DNA of 64,000 bases, from contig CAWDYW010000003.1 of NCBI GenBank assembly GCA_963806855.1, positions 416,001-480,000 of the forward strand. The letters run 5' to 3'. This DNA comes from an uncultured Verrucomicrobiae bacterium (lineage in GTDB: Bacteria > Chlamydiota > Chlamydiia > Chlamydiales > Rhabdochlamydiaceae). The notes beneath the pieces are model-generated. The model did no database searches and was not told where the DNA came from. It saw nothing but the letters and a program-made list of their open reading frames with translations. Positions 58,227 through 64,000 of the stretch are shown here, one piece after another (within the stretch, counting starts at the first letter, position 1; each line of letters begins with the position of its first letter). A program made the position numbers and the translations under genes.

Positions 58227-60116
58227 ATGATCATGAGCTTTCTCTACATTATCCTCGCCCTCTTTGGGATCGGATTCTTGGTCTTCATTCATGAACTGGG
58301 CCACTATTTTGTCGCCCGGCGGGTTGGCATCACCGTGCTGGCCTTCGCGATTGGTTTCGGAAAACCGCTTCTTGAATGGGAAAGAAAGGGGGTCAAATGG
58401 CGGATCTGCATGCTCCCTTTCGGCGGCTATGTCCAAATGGAAGGGATGGATAAGAAAGGGGCGATTGAACCTTATCAGATTCCAGGGGGATTCTTCGCTG
58501 CAAAGCCCTGGGATCGAATCAAAGTTGCCCTCGCAGGACCACTGTCGAATATCTTGTTTGCCTTCGTCGCTTTTGTGATTTTATGGGGTGTAGGAGGGCG
58601 GGAAAAGCCGTTTGCCATGTTCACCCACCATATCGGATGGGTCGAGCGCGATTCTGGCCTCTATGAAGCCAATGTGCGCGCTGGCGATGAGATTACCAAG
58701 CTTAACGGCAGACCTTACAAAGGATTTACCGATTTTCTATATGGGATTGCCCTCGACAAATCGGCGCTAACTATTGATGGTCAAGAAGTAGATTACTGGA
58801 ATGGGACCAGGCTTCCTTTCTCCTATGCATTTCCCAAAGACAAAAATATCAATGTCCTCGCTCCAGCACAGTATTTGATCGTCGCCTCTGAGGAGCTGCC
58901 TGCAGATTCACCGATGGCAAATAGCGGTGTCGCCCCTGGAGATCGGATCGTTTGGGTCGATGGAGAGCTGGTCTTTTCCCTGCCGCAGCTTGTCCAAGTG
59001 ATCAATACGCCCCGCGTGCTTCTCACTGTAGAGCGCGGTGGAGAGACCTTTTTGACTCGGGTTCCCCGCCTCATGATCGGCGATCTACGCTTAAGCACTG
59101 TAGAAAAAGAGGAACTCGACGACTGGCGCTACGAGGCCAAGCTGAGCCCAAAGGTCGAGCAACTAGCTTTCATTCCTTACAACTTAACCTCGACTGGGCT
59201 TGTCGAAGGGGCGCTCGGCTTTATCGATGAAAAGTCCAACCTTCAAGCCGCTTTTGATGGAGCAAAGCGCTCTAATATCGAAATCCCTCTGCAGCGTGGC
59301 GATAAAATCGTAGCAATTCAAGGGCAAAAAATCAGAAGCTCCTATCAACTGCTCAAAGAGTTACAGACCAAAAAATGCATGATCGTAGTCCAAAAAATGG
59401 CGGCAGAGAAAGCCCCTTTCTATACCGATGCCGATGGCAATTTTGAGGCATCTTTCGAGATTGAGCAGCTAGACAAAATTACCCGATCATTGGGGACAGA
59501 TAGCCTGGTCACTCAGATGGGAGATCTCCATTTGCTTAAGCCTGTGACTCCGACGCCGCTCCGCCAGCCAGTTGTGACGAAGAAAGCGTCAAAAGGGAAA
59601 AAAGAGGAGAGTGTCGATGAAGAGACATTCAAAGAGGGGCATCTTAATCAAATCACCTCGATCCTCCCCACTTTGCATCGCCTAGCCCTCAATATCGTAG
59701 TCAGCGACAAGAAGGTGATCTATAACCCCAACCCCTTTGAACAGTTTGGATCGGTCTTTAAAGAGACCTACCGGACCCTCTACGCCCTGGTCACGGGTTT
59801 CTTAAGCCCCAAAAATATCTCCGGACCTGTCGGAATAATCCAAGTGATGCATCAAAGCTGGATGATGGGGGCCAAAGAGGCGCTCTTTTGGCTGGGGATG
59901 ATCAGCATGAACTTGGCGGTGCTTAACCTCCTCCCTGTGCCGGTTCTCGATGGAGGCCATATTGCCTTGTCAGCCGTCGAAATGGTGACAAAAAAGCCGC
60001 TCAAGGCCAAGACCATGGAGCGGCTTATTTTGCCATTCGTCATTTTGCTGATCGGATTCTTCGTCTATCTGACCTATAATGACCTGGCTCGGCTGATTAC
60101 TAGTTGGTTCCAATGA
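58227..60116 (+). CDS. rseP: Site-2 (M50) intramembrane metalloprotease with PDZ domains
   Basis: HELGH, AGP, NLLPVPVLDGG. Confidence 0.93.
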   Translation: MIMSFLYIILALFGIGFLVFIHELGHYFVARRVGITVLAFAIGFGKPLLEWERKGVKWRICMLPFGGYVQMEGMDKKGAIEPYQIPGGFFAAKPWDRIKVALAGPLSNILFAFVAFVILWGVGGREKPFAMFTHHIGWVERDSGLYEANVRAGDEITKLNGRPYKGFTDFLYGIALDKSALTIDGQEVDYWNGTRLPFSYAFPKDKNINVLAPAQYLIVASEELPADSPMANSGVAPGDRIVWVDGELVFSLPQLVQVINTPRVLLTVERGGETFLTRVPRLMIGDLRLSTVEKEELDDWRYEAKLSPKVEQLAFIPYNLTSTGLVEGALGFIDEKSNLQAAFDGAKRSNIEIPLQRGDKIVAIQGQKIRSSYQLLKELQTKKCMIVVQKMAAEKAPFYTDADGNFEASFEIEQLDKITRSLGTDSLVTQMGDLHLLKPVTPTPLRQPVVTKKASKGKKEESVDEETFKEGHLNQITSILPTLHRLALNIVVSDKKVIYNPNPFEQFGSVFKETYRTLYALVTGFLSPKNISGPVGIIQVMHQSWMMGAKEALFWLGMISMNLAVLNLLPVPVLDGGHIALSAVEMVTKKPLKAKTMERLILPFVILLIGFFVYLTYNDLARLITSWFQ

Positions 60117-60295
60117 GCCAGTTGCAAAACGAAGTGCATGGAAAAAACGATGATTTTGAGTCAGTTTGCCAGCCACGAAGTGGCCAAAGCCCTGCCCCCG
60201 AGCACATACTCAATGTGAGTAGGGCTCGGGGGCAGGGTGGCAAAATGGCTCAAAAGGGCGTTTTTGCCATGTGCTGGAGTTTTGCAACTGGCTCA
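60114..60295. repeat. 182-bp palindromic element (MITE/RPE-like)
   Basis: TGAGCCAGTTGCAAAAC...GTTTTGCAACTGGCTCA; inner CCCTGCCCCCGAGC/GCTCGGGGGCAGGG. Confidence 0.85.
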
Positions 60296-61453
60296 GAAAA
60301 ACCAGCGGATCGCATTGTAGGGATAAGAGAAGAGTTGGGAGGCTGTTTTGCTTATCGCTGAGATCACGCCAGCGCTGCAGCATGATCGGCTCTCTTTGAT
60401 CTTGGCGTAGTGGAAGATGTACCCTCTTTTTAGGTATTCACGCGCTTCATGATCCTTTAGCTTTGTCACAACTGAATCGTTGGTTAGATACCATCCATCG
60501 GGCTTTTTGACTACAGCGACATAGTGACCGCTATTATCTTTACCCGAGTGAACAACGCATCCTTTCAACTCATAGGTAGTATCGTGGTCATTAAAACGGG
60601 TCGATTGAGACGAGAGTGTAATCGTTTCAGCTTGCTCGATGGAATAGTCCTTTTTCCCCTCTACACGGTTGACCTGAATCACCAGATGGTTAGGGGCAAC
60701 GTCCAGTTTTGTGGTTTTAGTATTAAATTTTCTATGCTCTGTTACCGGCACTGTGGCAAAGCGGCCGTTTACAAGCTCCTGAATTGTTGCGTAATTGCGG
60801 GTAATATCCAGTGGCATAATTGGTTCGGGGTCAAATTGCTCCCGTCCCTCTTTTTCTCCTTTAGGCGTAGTGAACTCTTCGTAGATGTTGGATCCAAATC
60901 GTGTCGTACTTAATAGGTTGCGGAGCCCCTCTGCTGCATCACACTGAGCTCGTCCGCTGCCGGGAAAGAGTACTTGGCGGGCAGCTCGGCTATCGACACC
61001 CGAGATTTTTTGACCATTCATTTGGGCATCATAATAGCTCCGAATGAAGGGGGCAAACTTTGACTTGGGGTCGTTTAAAAATAGATTCGCCAAATCAGGA
61101 TTATTCGCAATAAACCCTAGGATTGAAATGGTCGGACAGTCATTTCCAAGGTTTGGAGTCCCTACAGGCGCCATCTCCGCCATGACTTTGGGATCGACAG
61201 TCGCGCTCGAGTCTGCTTTCAGTGGCTGAACTTCGTAGATTCTGCTGAGTTTTGCTTTACGTTCGGCTTGTTTTGCATTAAGATTAGCAACTTGAGCTTT
61301 TCCAAAAATTGTCGCAGCGCTTTCAATTTCATCGCCAATCGCATGGAAATAGCCTTCAGCCTGATGATACAATTTGTATTCGATTGCATCATCAAAGCAT
61401 TGAGCTTTTGGAGATATATTATCTTGAATAAATCCATTAATATCTATAGTCAT
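60293..61453 (-). CDS. USP (C19)-like deubiquitinase
   Basis: Cys box GTPNLGNDC; His box VVHSG..SGHYVA..WYLTNDS. Confidence 0.82.
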   Translation of the reverse strand: MTIDINGFIQDNISPKAQCFDDAIEYKLYHQAEGYFHAIGDEIESAATIFGKAQVANLNAKQAERKAKLSRIYEVQPLKADSSATVDPKVMAEMAPVGTPNLGNDCPTISILGFIANNPDLANLFLNDPKSKFAPFIRSYYDAQMNGQKISGVDSRAARQVLFPGSGRAQCDAAEGLRNLLSTTRFGSNIYEEFTTPKGEKEGREQFDPEPIMPLDITRNYATIQELVNGRFATVPVTEHRKFNTKTTKLDVAPNHLVIQVNRVEGKKDYSIEQAETITLSSQSTRFNDHDTTYELKGCVVHSGKDNSGHYVAVVKKPDGWYLTNDSVVTKLKDHEAREYLKRGYIFHYAKIKESRSCCSAGVISAISKTASQLFSYPYNAIRWFF

Positions 61454-61516
61454 AACTTAATTATATGCAAATTCGTTTTAATTGTAAATATAATATTAAA
61501 TTTTTCACTATTTTCT

Positions 61517-62887
61517 ATGTCCTTGGAACAGAAGGTCGGACAACTCTTTGTCGTCCCGATCTGCCCTACCCATGGGCAAGAGCACCTCGATCAAGTTTAT
61601 AAGCTCCTTAAAGACAAGCACATCGGGGGAGTAATTCTGATGGAAGGGCTGTCGGAAAAGCAGAGCGAAATTATCCAACATATTCAGGATGAGCAGGATA
61701 TCCCTCTTTTGACCTTCCAGGATGCTGAGTGGGGGGTGGGGATGCGGCTAAAAGATATCCCCGGACTCCCTAGAAACCTCACTCTGGGCGCCATCCAAGA
61801 TCTGGAGCTCCTCAGGGCCTTTGGGCGGGAGCTAGCTCGCCAATGCCGCCTATATGGGATCCAAGGCGATTTTGCCCCTGTTGTCGACGTCAATAGCAAC
61901 CCGAAAAATCCCGTTATCGGACAGCGTTCCTTTGGGGAAGATCCCTACGAGGTGGCGCGTCGCGGAGTGGCGGTAATGGAGGGGATGCGCGAAGGGGGGA
62001 TTTTGGCCTGCGCCAAGCACTTCCCAGGGCATGGCGATACGGCAGTCGATTCCCATCACGACCTGCCCACCATAGGCAAAATGGAACTTATCCCCTTTAA
62101 AACCTTAATCGATGGGGGCGTCGATATGGTGATGCTCGGCCATCTCTATTTCCCCGCTCTCAGCGATCTCCCAAGTTCGATGTCGAAGGAGATCATCACC
62201 GGACTGCTCCGTGAAAAACTGGGTTTCCAAGGGCTGATCATCACCGATGCGCTCAACATGCAGGCCTTGGCGAAGAATTTCCCACTCGACCAAATTTTCT
62301 TGAGACCCCTGTTAGGTGGCGCTGATCTGCTCCTTACTGCGACCAGTCACCCAGAAGTCTCGGCCTTTTTGATCCAAACAGCCATCCCGCAGGCCATTGA
62401 GTGGATTAAAGCCAATGTGCCCGAAGAGATCATCGACGAGCGGGTGGCGCGGATCTTAAAAGTGAAACAACGGGCAATTCCACCGATGCCTCCAGAAAAT
62501 CCCGAGCTGGGGCGGACTCTCTATCGTCATGCTGTCACCCTTGTGGGACCCAAACCCGATTTTGGTTCCGAGATTGCCTTGGTACAAAGCCGTCCCGACC
62601 CCGATTTTGAGCACTTTTTAGCGCTTGGGGCCAACGTGACGATCTTCACATTTGAAGAGATCGATTTGGCCGCAACCTACCCATACTTGATCATCAATAT
62701 CCGCAAAGGGGATCAGCCCGCCAGCCTCCCCGACCATGCCCTCGTCGCCCTCTTCGATACCCCTTATGCCCTTCACCATCAATGGGCCCTCGTTGGCTAT
62801 GAGGATGTCCTCGAAGCGAAGGAGGCGGTTGCAGATGCTCTCTTTGGCAAACTAACTCCTTTGGGAAAACTCCCTATTCATTTATAG
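61517..62887 (+). CDS. nagZ: GH3 beta-N-acetylhexosaminidase
   Basis: APVVDV, RSFG, KHFPGHG..DSH, ITDALNM. Confidence 0.9.
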   Translation: MSLEQKVGQLFVVPICPTHGQEHLDQVYKLLKDKHIGGVILMEGLSEKQSEIIQHIQDEQDIPLLTFQDAEWGVGMRLKDIPGLPRNLTLGAIQDLELLRAFGRELARQCRLYGIQGDFAPVVDVNSNPKNPVIGQRSFGEDPYEVARRGVAVMEGMREGGILACAKHFPGHGDTAVDSHHDLPTIGKMELIPFKTLIDGGVDMVMLGHLYFPALSDLPSSMSKEIITGLLREKLGFQGLIITDALNMQALAKNFPLDQIFLRPLLGGADLLLTATSHPEVSAFLIQTAIPQAIEWIKANVPEEIIDERVARILKVKQRAIPPMPPENPELGRTLYRHAVTLVGPKPDFGSEIALVQSRPDPDFEHFLALGANVTIFTFEEIDLAATYPYLIINIRKGDQPASLPDHALVALFDTPYALHHQWALVGYEDVLEAKEAVADALFGKLTPLGKLPIHL

Positions 62888-62896
62888 ATTTGAAAT

Positions 62897-63445
62897 ATGG
62901 ATGAAGAAGTGATGAACTACGACATTGTCTGGCGCGATAGCAGTTCAGGCGAGACGTTTGCCCCCTTCTTTTTGGATGGGTTTCGAGGAGAAATGCGTGC
63001 GGGGCAAACTTTGATCAATTTTGGCTGCGGCACGGCAAAAGCCACGAAAGCCTTCCTGGCCAAAGGGCTCAACGTCACCCTCGTCGATATCTCTCCCTAT
63101 GCTCTTGATGAAGAGATCCGGAACATGTTGATCCTCTTTTCTAATCAGGTTCATTTTATTCAGGCATGCCTCTGGCAGCTGCCCAAGGAGCTCAAGTCGG
63201 CCTATTGGATCTATTGCTGTGATGTGCTCGAGCATATTCCTGAAGATTGTCTCGACAGCGTCCTCGGTCAAATAAATGAGAGAATGCGCTTCGGGGGATA
63301 TATCAGTATCAGTCTGAAGGAAGATTTGGCCAAGAGGAACAAATCGTGGTGGGAAAAAAAGCTCGCCAAGTATTTTAGCCTCGCCGGTGAAGATCTTGTG
63401 GAAGGCGAGGCCTATTTCAACTGTAGAATTCTTAAAAAAGGGTGA
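62897..63445 (+). CDS. Class I SAM-dependent methyltransferase
   Basis: NFGCGTA, VDIS, DVLEHIP. Confidence 0.8.
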   Translation: MDEEVMNYDIVWRDSSSGETFAPFFLDGFRGEMRAGQTLINFGCGTAKATKAFLAKGLNVTLVDISPYALDEEIRNMLILFSNQVHFIQACLWQLPKELKSAYWIYCCDVLEHIPEDCLDSVLGQINERMRFGGYISISLKEDLAKRNKSWWEKKLAKYFSLAGEDLVEGEAYFNCRILKKG

Positions 63446-64000
63446 ATCCTTCCTGTTTATAAGAGCTGTAGCCTTCATCGAGCACTGTCGCTGTAGATGA
63501 AGCTGCGATTCCGCCTGCTGCCGCAGCTAAAATCGCCCGCGCATAAGGATTAAAACCTTTGGCGATTTGCAGTGTCGCATTCGCTACTGCCGATCCTGTT
63601 GCCATTGAAAAGAGAGAGATTAAATAGGGAACTTTCCGAATTTCAGCAAGTCCTCCAGCCGCACCGCCTGCTTGTGCAGAGGTGAAAACTTTTTTGCTCA
63701 AGGTCCCCATTTCTTTAGCTTTAATCGATCCTAACCCGAACATTGTGCCTAAAATCGCCCCTTTAGCGATGGCCATTTTCCCAGCCTTGTAAAGAATCGC
63801 AAGGGCTCCAATCGCTTGTGCCAAATTGGCGTCTCGAGTTTGACCTCTCAATGCAAAGACGATTGCGATTGCAGAGCAAATCATCGCTGTCGATTGTGCA
63901 TATTTAGAAACTTGTGTATCAGCTGCTTGTTCTCCGTTCATTAGCCGTCTAGGGATTCCGATGAAGGCGCCTGCTGCAAGGTATCCAGCTCCGAAAATGG
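63432..64000 (-). CDS. Ala/Gly-rich hypothetical membrane protein (5' end beyond window)
   Basis: Frame stays open upstream of 63941 to the window edge (IFGAGYLAAGAFIGIPRRL..). Confidence 0.55.
   Translation of the reverse strand, partial: IFGAGYLAAGAFIGIPRRLMNGEQAADTQVSKYAQSTAMICSAIAIVFALRGQTRDANLAQAIGALAILYKAGKMAIAKGAILGTMFGLGSIKAKEMGTLSKKVFTSAQAGGAAGGLAEIRKVPYLISLFSMATGSAVANATLQIAKGFNPYARAILAAAAGGIAASSTATVLDEGYSSYKQEGFTLF

Overview
64-kb window from an environmental Chlamydiae genome. The assignment rests on Npt1, CT066/CT273/CT274/CT283-like genes, a dnaA2-type dnaA, and chlamydial synteny in two blocks: gnd-lepA...npt1-CT066-ytgABCD-dxr-rseP and dnaA-CT274-CT273-rsmH-ftsL-pbp3-murE-amiA. 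The core backbone is interrupted by accessory DNA: a tandem MORN-repeat array, a decayed orphan TnpB, an intact IS605 element, eukaryote-like effectors (PP2C, two USP deubiquitinases, ubiquitin-like proteins, Ank-SET, signal-peptide adenosine deaminase) and a collagen-like/porin operon. Best finding: a compact RNA-repair operon on the minus strand. It has a sigma70-like promoter with a perfect palindromic operator, two tandem unannotated Y RNA-like hairpins (49331-49412, 49423-49480), and translationally coupled Ro60/TROVE - small HTH - RtcB, with no RtcR or RtcA in the window. Also notable: a protease/ubiquitin-like gene pair sharing a Cys-rich C-terminal domain (one ending in a CaaX motif), rsmH split at a T9 run, an in-frame duplication of the gnd signature motif, and a palindromic element whose ends supply the stop codons of two convergent genes. 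All calls come from reading the sequence and recalling motifs; no database searches were run.
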